A stretch of 64,000 bases of DNA from a virus. Below, piece by piece: positions 27,918 through 37,710 of this stretch. The notes beneath the pieces were generated by a model, which was not told where the DNA came from, did no database searches, and was given only the letters and a program-made list of their open reading frames with translations. Within the stretch, counting starts at the first letter, position 1, and every line of letters begins with the position of its first letter. Position numbers and translations under genes: made by a program. The DNA is taken from positions 32,001 to 96,000 of IMG/VR virus record IMGVR_UViG_3300042988_001121; one strand, 5' to 3'.

Positions 27918-28366
27918 TGACAAATTTTGATCGCGTATCTAGTTGGTTGGAAACCGCTGGTAAAGAGCGCAACCAAACAAACTTCTCTGTTCAATGTGGT
28001 GTTCACATCGAAGAATTCTGTGAATTCCTAACTGAGATTGATGTTCAGGATACTGTATCTAACGATCAATTGGTTACAGCAATTGCTGTTCTTTCTACGG
28101 TTGCGAATCGTTTGAAGAAAGAAGGCGCACAGGTTGATATTAGAAATCGTCTGAATCTGTTAGATGCCCTTTGTGACACTGATGTTACTGGTAATGGCGT
28201 TGCATATTTCGCTGGTTTCAATAAGAACGGCGCGGATAAGGAAGTGCTAGATTCCAATGACAGTAAATTTGAAGATGGTAAGGCTGTCATTCTTCCGGGC
28301 GGTAAAATCGGCAAGGGGAAAAATTATAAAGCGCCTGACCTAACAAATTTTGTTTGGTTGGAATGA
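27917..28366 (+). CDS. All-alpha NTP pyrophosphohydrolase (MazG-like)
   Basis: EE..E, LDALCD..V..G, SN.SK and GK..K...Y..PDL motifs. Confidence 0.75.
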   Translation: MTNFDRVSSWLETAGKERNQTNFSVQCGVHIEEFCEFLTEIDVQDTVSNDQLVTAIAVLSTVANRLKKEGAQVDIRNRLNLLDALCDTDVTGNGVAYFAGFNKNGADKEVLDSNDSKFEDGKAVILPGGKIGKGKNYKAPDLTNFVWLE

Positions 28367-28386
28367 TTCTGTGATATAATTCATTC

Positions 28387-28614
28387 ATGGAAAAAATTCT
28401 CTCACAAATTCTGTATCTTCACGATCCTTGCAACATTGCTTATGCCGAGGATGAATATGATGTTATTGCGAGGATGACTCTTTGTGTGATGTTCAAACGT
28501 CGCATTAAATTGTCTGCCGCGTTCAAGAACGTGGTGAGAAAATATGTCTATAAAGGCATAGAAGTTAAAAACATGGATAAAGTAGATGCAGAGTTTTATT
28601 CAATTTGTAAATGA
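28387..28614 (+). CDS. Hypothetical protein
   Basis: ORF preceded by a TGTGATATAAT -10-like box. Confidence 0.5.
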   Translation: MEKILSQILYLHDPCNIAYAEDEYDVIARMTLCVMFKRRIKLSAAFKNVVRKYVYKGIEVKNMDKVDAEFYSICK

Positions 28615-28951
28615 AGCCAACCTCAATAAACTGTATATCAATGGATGGACAGTTTATTCTTATGGTCACTCAAAGGATCGCTCAAATGAGCGTAGAAATG
28701 AATTTGAATACCCTGAATGGAAACATTTACATAACAAGGCAACTGAATACATCAACAAAAATAAACTTGATGACGGTGAACATCTTTTCTATTCTAGGCT
28801 GAAGCGGCAGGGGTATGTCGCTCGACTTGCGAACAAGAATAGGCAGTTACATTTGATTACTGTCTTACCTGAAGGTAGTTCAAGAGCAAAAGAAGGGACG
28901 CAAAAACACATCATTGAGTCCAAAGAGTATGATATAATCATCGTTGATTAA
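28586..28951 (+). CDS. Putative internal head protein
   Basis: N-terminus MQSFIQFVNE resembles the T4 capsid-targeting sequence MKTYQEFIAE. Confidence 0.55.
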   Translation: MQSFIQFVNEANLNKLYINGWTVYSYGHSKDRSNERRNEFEYPEWKHLHNKATEYINKNKLDDGEHLFYSRLKRQGYVARLANKNRQLHLITVLPEGSSRAKEGTQKHIIESKEYDIIIVD

Positions 28952-28956
28952 CAAAT

Positions 28957-29033
28957 GCGCCTGTAGCTCAGTTGGACAGAGCAACAGCCTTCTAAGCTGT
29001 GGGTCAGAGGTTCGAATCCTCTCAGGCGCACCA
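28957..29033 (+). tRNA. tRNA-Arg (anticodon TCT)
   Basis: GCGCCTG/CAGGCGC acceptor stem, ACAGC-CTTCTAA-GCTGT anticodon arm, GGTTCGAATCC T-arm and encoded CCA. Confidence 0.96.
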
Positions 29034-29059
29034 ATTTTAGTAATGAAAGTGAGTGAAAT

Positions 29060-29719
29060 ATGCAATTGAGCAAACAAACCATTGAAGTCCTTAAAAACTT
29101 CGCCTCTATTAACCAGAACATTCTGATCCGTGCTGGCAACAAACTGACAACTCGGACAGTTGCTAAGAATATCTATGTAGAGGCAACTGTTCCTGATACA
29201 TTTGAACAGGAATTTGGTATCTATAATCTGAGCGAGTTTCTTGGTATCACTACTCTGTTTAGTGAGCCTGTATTTGAGTTGTCAGATTCCTGTGTCTATA
29301 TCTCTCAGGGAAAGAATCGAGTTCAATACATGTTCGCTTCACCAGAAGTTTTGGACTATCCCGATAAACCGATTCCTACTCTGGAAACCGATGCCCAATT
29401 CTTGATGAATGAGGATGTTCTTAAGAGTCTGTTGAAGGCAGGCGCAGTTTTATCTAGTACAGACCTGCGTATTACTGGTGCAGATGGTATTATCACTTGT
29501 ACTGTTCTTGATCCAAAGAATCCTAGTAGTAATACATTCAGTGTCGAAGTCGGTACAACTGATCGAACATTTGACGTTTATATTAAACTGTCGAACCTGA
29601 AAATGCCAGCGGGTTCATATGATGTTCTTTTGACAAGCAAGCGGGTTGCCAATTTCAAGAACACTGCAATGGATTATTCTATCTTCATTGCAAACGAGAA
29701 AAATACTAGCTGGTCTTGA
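29060..29719 (+). CDS. gp45: Sliding clamp gp45
   Basis: MQLSKQTIEVLKNFASINQNI and FGIYNLSEFLG motifs. Confidence 0.95.
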   Translation: MQLSKQTIEVLKNFASINQNILIRAGNKLTTRTVAKNIYVEATVPDTFEQEFGIYNLSEFLGITTLFSEPVFELSDSCVYISQGKNRVQYMFASPEVLDYPDKPIPTLETDAQFLMNEDVLKSLLKAGAVLSSTDLRITGADGIITCTVLDPKNPSSNTFSVEVGTTDRTFDVYIKLSNLKMPAGSYDVLLTSKRVANFKNTAMDYSIFIANEKNTSWS

Positions 29720-29724
29720 TTCTC

Positions 29725-29799
29725 TCGGGGATAGCTCAATGGTAGAGCAGGGAACTCATAATTCCTTGGTTGTCGGTTCGAGTCCGGCTCCCCGAACCA
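29725..29799 (+). tRNA. tRNA with a CAT anticodon (Met or lysidine-modified Ile2)
   Basis: TCGGGGA/TCCCCGA acceptor stem, GGGAA-CTCATAA-TTCCT anticodon arm, GGTTCGAGTCC T-arm and encoded CCA. Confidence 0.93.
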
Positions 29800-29812
29800 A
29801 TAAGGTTTAATT

Positions 29813-30748
29813 ATGTTAGAAAATTTAGTTTGGGAACAAAAGTACCGTCCCAAAAAAATTGATGATGTTATTCTTCCGGCAACTACAAAGAAGATGATTA
29901 AGGATTCCATTACTTCTGGTAAGGTTCCTAATTTTTTATTTGCTGGTTCTGCTGGAACAGGGAAGACGACAACTGCATATGCGATTGCAAATGAGTTGGG
30001 CGCAGACATTCTGTTCATCAATGCTAGTCTTGAGGGAAACATGGATACTTTGCGAACAAAGATTTCGCAGTTTGTTAGTACAGTTTCTTTCACGGACTCC
30101 AAGAAGGTTGTGTTATTGGACGAGTGTGATTATCTGTCAACCTCTGGTGTGATGCCAGCTTTGCGCGGATTTCTTGATACATTTAGTGACAACGCTATTT
30201 TCATCTTTACTTGTAACTATCCGAATCGTCTGATTGACCCTCTGTTGTCTCGCTTGACTCGCGTAGATTTCAAATTCAGTAAAGAAGAAACTCAACCTGC
30301 CTGTGTTGGTATGTTGCGCCGTATTTGTCAGATTCTGGAAACAGAATCAGTTGAATATGACAAGAAAGCTGTTGCTTCTTTGGTAACAAGAAACTTTCCT
30401 GATTTTCGCCGTACTCTTGTTGATCTTCAGCGTTATTCAGCCGGTGGTGTGATTGATAGTGGGATTCTTGCTACAATCGATGAAACCGGAATAGATACAC
30501 TTGTGGATCACTTGCGTAACAAGAAATTCACTGAAGTGCGCCAGTGGATCGCAAATAACACAATGGATGCACAACACTTTTATCGGCTGTTCTATGATAA
30601 GGTTTCACCATATCTGGTTCCGATGAGTGTTCCTCAGATGATTTTGTTGATCGCTGATTCTGAATTCAAGGCTTCTCATAGTGTTGACCCCGAGATTAAC
30701 CAAGTTGCTTTCTGTATTCAGTTCATGCAAAGCTGTGCATTCAAATGA
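29813..30748 (+). CDS. gp44: Clamp loader large subunit gp44
   Basis: WEQKYRPK, GSAGTGKTT, INAS, LDECD and FPDFRR motifs. Confidence 0.96.
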   Translation: MLENLVWEQKYRPKKIDDVILPATTKKMIKDSITSGKVPNFLFAGSAGTGKTTTAYAIANELGADILFINASLEGNMDTLRTKISQFVSTVSFTDSKKVVLLDECDYLSTSGVMPALRGFLDTFSDNAIFIFTCNYPNRLIDPLLSRLTRVDFKFSKEETQPACVGMLRRICQILETESVEYDKKAVASLVTRNFPDFRRTLVDLQRYSAGGVIDSGILATIDETGIDTLVDHLRNKKFTEVRQWIANNTMDAQHFYRLFYDKVSPYLVPMSVPQMILLIADSEFKASHSVDPEINQVAFCIQFMQSCAFK

Positions 30749-31158
30749 GTAGCCCATTTGACTATATCAAGTCAGTGACTCAGACAAAGGAAGACCTGTT
30801 CACGAATGACGAGATATTCAAGAAAGAATATAACGCATTTATTGTGAACCGAGGTCTTTCTAATTCAGAGACAACTGCTCTATTTGCTGATGCAATGAAT
30901 CAACATCCTAATCTTGATCCATATCTTCAATATAAATTCTATTTGACCGGAATACCTAAAAGTAGAAATTATTCAAAATGGATTAAAAAAGAAGCGATAA
31001 ATAAAGATGAAAATGAATTACAATTTATCGCAGAACAATTAAATGTATCCATAAAAAGGGCTTTAATTCTCCATGACCTAATTGGGTCAGAAAAGATTAA
31101 AGAATTGATTGACCTGCGAGGTGGCAAGGCAATCAATAATGGAAAACAAAAAATTTGA
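30745..31158 (+). CDS. gp62: Clamp loader small subunit gp62
   Basis: SPFDYIKS, YNAFIVNRGLS and MNQ...QY.FY motifs. Confidence 0.92.
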   Translation: MSSPFDYIKSVTQTKEDLFTNDEIFKKEYNAFIVNRGLSNSETTALFADAMNQHPNLDPYLQYKFYLTGIPKSRNYSKWIKKEAINKDENELQFIAEQLNVSIKRALILHDLIGSEKIKELIDLRGGKAINNGKQKI

Positions 31159-31546
31159 AGATATCGGAGTACCTGTTAAACTTGGTAAGCCAGATGATTT
31201 TAATATTCTGATCGAAACGCTGTCTCGTATCGGTATCGCATCAAAGAAGACAAAGACTCTTTATCAGAGTTGTCATCTTCTGCATAAGAGGGGTGAATAT
31301 AGAATCGTTCACTTCCTTGAAATGTTTGCTCTTGATGGAAAACCGACTTCTCTGACAGAAGATGATATTAAAAGAAGAAACACTATTGCCAAACTGATTG
31401 ATCAATGGAAATTGGCAACTGTATTGGACAAGACGCTGATTGAAACTGCGCCAGTTACTGATATCAAGATCGTTCCGTTCAAAGAGAAAAAAGAATGGAC
31501 ACTGATCAGTAAATACACATTGGGTACAAAGAAACGTACTCACTAG
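31139..31546 (+). CDS. regA: RegA translational repressor
   Basis: ETLSRIGIAS...LYQSCHLLHKRG.Y.IVHFLEMFALDG and RRNTIA motifs. Confidence 0.96.
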   Translation: MENKKFEDIGVPVKLGKPDDFNILIETLSRIGIASKKTKTLYQSCHLLHKRGEYRIVHFLEMFALDGKPTSLTEDDIKRRNTIAKLIDQWKLATVLDKTLIETAPVTDIKIVPFKEKKEWTLISKYTLGTKKRTH

Positions 31547-31625
31547 AATTTGCTGCAATTGTGTAGCAAATACGATGATGCTTCGGGTCATCGGTTAATT
31601 TTAAACTTGCTTTATGGAGTTAAAA

Positions 31626-32060
31626 ATGTCAAAAATCAATTTCGCCACAGTTTTCCCTGATTATGTTGGTGGGCAACGCCTACTGGACAAGATCAATGAA
31701 TTCTATGATGATGCAAAGAAAGCCACTTCCTTTCCGCCATATAACATCATTGAATCCGATGATGGTATGAAGTACACAGTTGAATTGGCTGTTGCTGGCT
31801 ATAACAAGGATGAGTTACAGGTGAAGTATCAGGACAACAGTCTGATCATCACTGGTAACAAGGTGCAAACAACACTGTCGGTAACTGATACCGAAACTTA
31901 TTTGCATCGTGGTATCGCTTCACGCGACTTTACTCGAAAATTCTTGTTGGGCGATGATATCGTCATCGACTCGGTTAAGGTTGATAACGGGATTCTTACT
32001 GCAAAGATGACAAGAATCGTACCGGATGCTAAAAAACCACGTATAATCGATATCGCTTAA
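31626..32060 (+). CDS. Small heat-shock protein Hsp20
   Basis: SFPPYNI, ELAVAG, YLHRGIASRDF and DNGIL motifs. Confidence 0.93.
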   Translation: MSKINFATVFPDYVGGQRLLDKINEFYDDAKKATSFPPYNIIESDDGMKYTVELAVAGYNKDELQVKYQDNSLIITGNKVQTTLSVTDTETYLHRGIASRDFTRKFLLGDDIVIDSVKVDNGILTAKMTRIVPDAKKPRIIDIA

Positions 32061-32094
32061 CTGAATATCCCAAATAAATAAAGATTTGGGGTTC

Positions 32095-32319
32095 ATGATG
32101 GCTAAGAAACAAGACAACCTTGCTGATTTTTTGACTTCACATCCAACTGAGTTGATTAACAACAGGTTTCTTGTGAAAGCGTCTGTACTCAATACGGGCG
32201 CTTTCAAACCGACCATAATGCTAGTGATTTATGATCTTATTGAACGTAACTTCAAACTTACGTACTATAATGATGTTGATCTTGCTAGCAACATGATCAA
32301 ACTTTTGAAACAAACCTGA
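32095..32319 (+). CDS. Hypothetical protein
   Basis: Packed ORF after a TAAATA box. Confidence 0.55.
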   Translation: MMAKKQDNLADFLTSHPTELINNRFLVKASVLNTGAFKPTIMLVIYDLIERNFKLTYYNDVDLASNMIKLLKQT

Positions 32320-32332
32320 AAGAACCTTTATT

Positions 32333-32617
32333 ATGATGATCGAAACTTCTCAAGTAGTTATCCCTAGTGATCCAGCAACACAAAAACGCATTCGCGATGC
32401 ATGTGCCGAATTCTCTGCTTCCGCTACTCGTGTTGAGGGCGAGAAAGACTTTCAGAAAGAACTGATCAGTTCTCTGGCAGAAGACACCGATCTTCCTAAG
32501 AAATACCTTCGTAAGCTCTGTGCTGTGTATCACAAACAGAATCTGGCAGAGGTCGAGGGCGATGCAGAAACAATTTCTGAGATTTACAACAAAGTCTTTG
32601 GTGACGATGCCTCTTAA
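32333..32617 (+). CDS. dsbA: DsbA-like dsDNA-binding protein
   Basis: Pattern K.L..L...YHKQN...E......IY..VF resembles T4 DsbA. Confidence 0.7.
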   Translation: MMIETSQVVIPSDPATQKRIRDACAEFSASATRVEGEKDFQKELISSLAEDTDLPKKYLRKLCAVYHKQNLAEVEGDAETISEIYNKVFGDDAS

Positions 32618-32714
32618 ACGCATTTAAACCAGTTTTGTGCCGTTTTCTGGACAAGTTGATACCAACACATAGGTAACAGCTAAAAACGGCTCTAATCGCT
32701 TTATAATCAATTCG

Positions 32715-32737
32715 CTGTGCTTCAACTATCAGCACGG
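32715..32737 (+). promoter_or_regulatory. Hairpin upstream of gp43 (candidate autogenous translational operator)
   Basis: CTGTGCT-tcaactatc-AGCACGG, 13 nt before the ATG; T4 gene 43 has an operator hairpin at this position. Confidence 0.55.
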
Positions 32738-32750
32738 AAATGCGGAATCA

Positions 32751-35219
32751 ATGACCAATCTCTGTTATACCTTCGTTGGAAGGAAATCCAACAAAATACT
32801 TTTCCGTGGCTACAAAGACGGAAAACGAATCCAATCCGGCGAAATCGCATACAAACCTTCGCTATACACGCCACTTGAATCTGGCGCTCAATCGGATTAT
32901 CAGACCATCTATGGTGAACCTCTGAAGAAGATCGAGTTTTCTTCTATTCGTGATGCCAACAACTTTATCCGTGACTATAAAGATGTTTTCCGTATTCATG
33001 GCAACACTCAATTTGAATATGATTTTCTTCATTCCAATTTTCCTGATACGATCAATGCATCAATTGAGGATATCAATGTAGTCTCTGTTGACATAGAAAC
33101 GAAGGTCACTGACGGAGAGTTTCCGAATCCAGAATTGGCAAAAGAAGAAATCACTGTCATCACCATCATTGACCGTAAGACAAAGAAAGTTACCGCCCTC
33201 GGCACACTTGCTGCTAGCCACGATGGGTACACTAGGTACGCTACTGAATCTGAAATGCTTTTGGCATTCATTGACCACATTCGTGTCTCTGACCCAGATA
33301 TCATTACTGGCTGGAACGTAGATTACTTTGACTTCGCTTATCTCTGTACTCGAATCAATAATGTTCTTGGTGAGTCTGCAATGGAAAGACTTTCCCCATT
33401 CGGTGAGGTCAGAAAAAAAATTGATGTGATCAATGAACGTGAACAGATGCGGTTTGAGATTGTTGGTCGAACTATCTTGGATATGATGGACTTGTATAAG
33501 AAGTTTCGTCTTATCACCCGCGCCTCATATAAATTGGATTACATTGCTGAGATTGAATTGGGTGAGAATAAAGTCTCGAACCCATATGGCTCTTTCCGTG
33601 AGTTCTATGAGAAAGACCCTCAATTGTTTCTTCAGTACAACATTCATGATGCAATGCTTGTTGATCGACTGGAAACAAAACTTGGGTTCGTTTATCTGTC
33701 CGTGGTTCTTGCTTACTTGACCAAATGTAATTTTGCTGATGTTTTCTCGCCGGTTAAGATGTGGGAAAACTACATCACTTCTATTCTGAAGAATGAGAAT
33801 ACATTTGTTGCACGTAAATCCATGAGCAATTCCGGGTTTACTCCAATTGAGGGCGGCTATGTTAAGCAGCCTGTTCCCGGTATATATGAGTGGTTGGTTT
33901 CTCTTGACTTTGGTAGCCTTTACCCAAGTATCATTATGGCGCTCAATATGTCGCCAGAGACATTGATTGATTATGATCCTGAATTTACGGTTGATGAATT
34001 TCTTGCCGGGAAATATGTCGCCGACTCGGATAAATGTCTTGCTGTCAATGGAACGACATATCGAAAAGATAAATTGGGTGTTGTGCCTCGCCTCACGAAA
34101 GTCGTGTTCGATCTTCGTAAGAGCGCCAAGAAAGAAATGCTTTCTAATAAAAGGATGTATGAAGAAACTCACGACATAAAATATAAAGCAGAAGCTGATC
34201 GTTTAAATGTTTTGCAGCAATCTGCAAAAGTTTTGGGCAACGCATTATATGGTTCGCTTTCCAACGAGTATTTTATGTTCTTTGATACTCGAATCGCGGA
34301 AGGTGTTACGAAGACAGGGCAATATCTGATTCGCAAATCAGGTAAAGAATTGTCTGATTATGTCAATAAACTTGTTGGAACAGATAGCGTTGACTATAAT
34401 GTTTACTCTGATACCGACTCGTGTTACATTGTCTGTAATTCTCTGGTGGAAAAATACCTTTCCAGTATTACGGATGAACAAAAGATTGTCGATGCACTAG
34501 ATAAGATCGTTAAGAATAAACTTCAGGTCTGTGTTGATGCTGCTATTGAAGATGCAGCCAAGACAATGAATGTTTATGAAAATGTTCTGACAATCAAACG
34601 AGAAGCCATTTCATCATCTGCTGTATGGGTTGCCAAGAAAAGATATGCGCAGCGTGTGCTTGACAATGAAGACGTGCGATATTCTGAGCCTGAATATAAG
34701 GTTACTGGTATTGAAACTAATCGCAGTAGTACGCCTGACTTGGTACGAGGTTGGTTGATGGATGCAATCAAGATCATGCTAGACACCAATGATGTTGAAC
34801 AGGTGAAGTCTTTTGTTGATAAATGTCGCACTGAGTTCACGAAAAAGCGAGTAGAGGAAATATCTTTCCCTCGTGGAGTCAATAATCTCGCTAAGTGGCA
34901 AGGATATCCTAGTGGAACCCCTATTGCGGTTCGTGCTGCTATGCTGCACAATGATATGGTCAAAAAGAAAAATCTTACTGGTAAGGTAAGAGAGATTTCT
35001 GAGGGCGATAAGATCAAGTACACTTATCTGATCGAACCGAATCCATTGAGGGCAAATGTTATTGGTTTTGTTGACGAGTTGCCACAGGAGTTTGGTCTGC
35101 ATCGTTATGTGGATTACGACAAGCAGTTCGACAAAGCGTTCTTTGGTCCATTGAAGAACATTACCGACGCGGCGTCTTGGAAATTGGTTGAGGAAGCTGT
35201 GTTAGAAGGATTTTTTTAA
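32751..35219 (+). CDS. gp43: Family B DNA polymerase gp43
   Basis: DIET, TGWNVDYFD, YNIHD, DFGSLYPS, K..GN.LYG, YSDTDS and KKRYA motifs; no intein. Confidence 0.98.
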   Translation: MTNLCYTFVGRKSNKILFRGYKDGKRIQSGEIAYKPSLYTPLESGAQSDYQTIYGEPLKKIEFSSIRDANNFIRDYKDVFRIHGNTQFEYDFLHSNFPDTINASIEDINVVSVDIETKVTDGEFPNPELAKEEITVITIIDRKTKKVTALGTLAASHDGYTRYATESEMLLAFIDHIRVSDPDIITGWNVDYFDFAYLCTRINNVLGESAMERLSPFGEVRKKIDVINEREQMRFEIVGRTILDMMDLYKKFRLITRASYKLDYIAEIELGENKVSNPYGSFREFYEKDPQLFLQYNIHDAMLVDRLETKLGFVYLSVVLAYLTKCNFADVFSPVKMWENYITSILKNENTFVARKSMSNSGFTPIEGGYVKQPVPGIYEWLVSLDFGSLYPSIIMALNMSPETLIDYDPEFTVDEFLAGKYVADSDKCLAVNGTTYRKDKLGVVPRLTKVVFDLRKSAKKEMLSNKRMYEETHDIKYKAEADRLNVLQQSAKVLGNALYGSLSNEYFMFFDTRIAEGVTKTGQYLIRKSGKELSDYVNKLVGTDSVDYNVYSDTDSCYIVCNSLVEKYLSSITDEQKIVDALDKIVKNKLQVCVDAAIEDAAKTMNVYENVLTIKREAISSSAVWVAKKRYAQRVLDNEDVRYSEPEYKVTGIETNRSSTPDLVRGWLMDAIKIMLDTNDVEQVKSFVDKCRTEFTKKRVEEISFPRGVNNLAKWQGYPSGTPIAVRAAMLHNDMVKKKNLTGKVREISEGDKIKYTYLIEPNPLRANVIGFVDELPQEFGLHRYVDYDKQFDKAFFGPLKNITDAASWKLVEEAVLEGFF

Positions 35220-35229
35220 AAGGAAACTT

Positions 35230-36276
35230 ATGAGTAAATTATTGGATAAAATTTTGAAGGCATCATCTGTTAAGAATACATCTATTCTATCAGAATCAAT
35301 TCTTTTCACTGATCGTGATGTAATCACAACAGAGATTCCTATTATCAATGTTGCATATTCTGGTGAGTTGAATGGTGGTATTCCGGCGGGTGTTAATTTG
35401 TGGGCAGGACCATCGAAGTCATATAAAACACTTGGTACATTGATGTGTGTAAAGGCATATCTGAACAAATATGAAGATGGTGTTTGTATTTTATATGATT
35501 CCGAAGGTGGAGTTACTCCTGACTACCTGAAGAACATTGGTATTGACCCGGCTCGTGTTGTACACATCCCAATTGAACATATCGAAATGCTGAAGTTTGA
35601 TATGGTCAAACAGCTTAAAGAATTAGACCGCGACGACAAAGTTATCATGGTCATTGATTCCATTGGTAACACAGCATCGCTCAAGGAATTGGAAGACGCA
35701 CAGAACGAAAAGACTGTTGCTGATATGCAACGAGCAAAGAGCATCAAAGCTCTGTTTCGTATGATCACCCCTTCTCTGGTCGCAAAAGATATTCCTTGTA
35801 TGGTGGTGGCTCATACTTATGCTGAAATGACCTTGTATCCTCGACAGATCATTTCTGGTGGAACCGGATTGATCTATAGTGCTAACTCGGCTTTCATTCT
35901 GTCTAAGTCACAGGAAAAGGACGGTGATGAAATCGTTGGCTGGAATTTCACCATTAACATCGAGAAATCAAGATTCGTCAAAGAGAAATCTAAACTTATC
36001 TTCACAGTGAAGTATGATGGTGGTATTGATAAGTATTCAGGTATTCTTGATCTTGCAATGGAATTTGGTTTTGTGGTTAAACCGAAAAATGGTTGGTATC
36101 AGTTAGTTGATATGGATACCGGAGAGATGGTTGGTAAGATGTATCGCGCCGCCGAAACGGGGTGCGATGAATTCTTGGGTAAAGTGCTCACACACCCCAA
36201 ATTCGCACAGGAAGTGAAGAAGAAATATTCTCTTGCTGCACCAAAACCTGTTACAATCGAAGATTCAGACGAATAA
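35230..36276 (+). CDS. uvsX: UvsX RecA-like recombinase
   Basis: AGPSKSYKT, YDSEGG, IDSIGN.AS, SGG.G..YSA and NIEKSR motifs. Confidence 0.96.
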   Translation: MSKLLDKILKASSVKNTSILSESILFTDRDVITTEIPIINVAYSGELNGGIPAGVNLWAGPSKSYKTLGTLMCVKAYLNKYEDGVCILYDSEGGVTPDYLKNIGIDPARVVHIPIEHIEMLKFDMVKQLKELDRDDKVIMVIDSIGNTASLKELEDAQNEKTVADMQRAKSIKALFRMITPSLVAKDIPCMVVAHTYAEMTLYPRQIISGGTGLIYSANSAFILSKSQEKDGDEIVGWNFTINIEKSRFVKEKSKLIFTVKYDGGIDKYSGILDLAMEFGFVVKPKNGWYQLVDMDTGEMVGKMYRAAETGCDEFLGKVLTHPKFAQEVKKKYSLAAPKPVTIEDSDE

Positions 36277-36316
36277 ACAAACTAGATCGCTAAAACGCGA
36301 CAACAACTAAAACACG

Positions 36317-37708
36317 ATGCGAACAGAATCCCTTATCTTCAGTCAACTACTCAGCAATGAAACCTATACCAGAAAAGTTACACCGCATCTGAAAGAAGAC
36401 TACTTCCAGACACAGGAAGATAAGGTTTTCTATAAAATCTTTCATCGTTTCTTTACGAAACACAATGCCATTCCTAGTAAACAGGCGATGGCAGTTGAGA
36501 TAGACAATCTTCGTAGCAACGCTGATCTTCATAAAAGTATTTTAAACGTACTGAATGAAACCAGTGAATTCACGGAGTCAATGGAATATCTCGTTGATAC
36601 AACAGAAAAGTATTGCAAAGAACGGGCGCTCTTTAATGCACTAAAAGAATCTGTGATGATCGTTGATGGTCAGAGTAAAATGACACCAGAAGCGATACCA
36701 ACAATTCTTCAACAGGCTCTCTCGGTTTGCTTTAATACAGAAATCGGTCACGATTACATTGATGATGCTGAGTCTCGGTATGATTATTATCATTCATCTG
36801 AATTTAGAATCCCGATGGGGTTGAAAACTTTTGATGATGCGACTAAGGGTGGTATACCAAGAAAGACGCTGAATGTATTGCTGGCTCCGCCTCATGGTGG
36901 TAAGTCTCTTGTTATGGTAAACATGGCAGCAGGTGCATTGGCAGCAGGATTCAATGTTCTGTATATCACGATGGAAATGGCAGAAGAAGAAATCGGCAAG
37001 CGGTTCGATGTGAATCGTTTTAATGTTGATTTTGATACCCTCGAAACTTTACCAAAACAATTGTTCATGAACAAGATCACGGGTATCATGAATTCTAGTC
37101 AAGGTAAGTTGAAGATTCAAGAATACCCAACTGGCGGGGCGCATGCAGGACATTTTAAAAGTCTTATTCAGGAATTAAAACAGAAACAAAACTGGACACC
37201 TGATCTGATTGTTGTTGATTACATGGGTATCTGTTCAAGTGAGCGTTATAAGGCTTCCTCTGGCGCAAATTCTTATACAATCATGAAATCTGTTGGAGAA
37301 GAATTAAGGTCACTTGCAATTGAAACCAATACAGCGATCATTACTGCGGTACAAACAAATCGTAGCGGTGTTGGTAACAGTGATGTTGATATGACTTCAA
37401 CAAGTGAATCTTTGGGTATCCCTGCGATTGCTGACTTGTTTTGGGCTATCATCAATACAGATGAATTGAAAGACCTTCGACAACTCATGTTTAAGCAGTT
37501 GAAGAATCGATATAAAAGTCTCGATGATCCAGAAAGATTTGTGGTTGGTGTGGATACATCAAGAATGAAGTTACATGATCTTGAAAACGCTGTTGCACAA
37601 AAGCCAGCAAAGAAAGGTTCTAAATTAAATACTAACGAAAATCTTAATGTGGATATGTTACACACAATTCCACAATCAAAGGCATCGTTTGACGAATTTA
37701 ATTTTTAA
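36317..37708 (+). CDS. gp41: Replicative helicase gp41
   Basis: APPHGGKS, YITMEM, IVVDY, TAVQTNR, SES.G and LKNRY motifs. Confidence 0.96.
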   Translation: MRTESLIFSQLLSNETYTRKVTPHLKEDYFQTQEDKVFYKIFHRFFTKHNAIPSKQAMAVEIDNLRSNADLHKSILNVLNETSEFTESMEYLVDTTEKYCKERALFNALKESVMIVDGQSKMTPEAIPTILQQALSVCFNTEIGHDYIDDAESRYDYYHSSEFRIPMGLKTFDDATKGGIPRKTLNVLLAPPHGGKSLVMVNMAAGALAAGFNVLYITMEMAEEEIGKRFDVNRFNVDFDTLETLPKQLFMNKITGIMNSSQGKLKIQEYPTGGAHAGHFKSLIQELKQKQNWTPDLIVVDYMGICSSERYKASSGANSYTIMKSVGEELRSLAIETNTAIITAVQTNRSGVGNSDVDMTSTSESLGIPAIADLFWAIINTDELKDLRQLMFKQLKNRYKSLDDPERFVVGVDTSRMKLHDLENAVAQKPAKKGSKLNTNENLNVDMLHTIPQSKASFDEFNF

Positions 37709-37710
37709 TC

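Noticed and set aside
28880-29142. Minus-strand ORFs over the tRNA-Arg (and 29674-30102 over the CAU tRNA)
   Set aside because: These are antisense read-throughs of tRNA and replication genes.
32751-37708. Inteins or introns in gp43, uvsX and gp41 (also checked in gp17 and nrdB)
   Set aside because: Lengths and motif spacing are normal and there are no splice-junction motifs.
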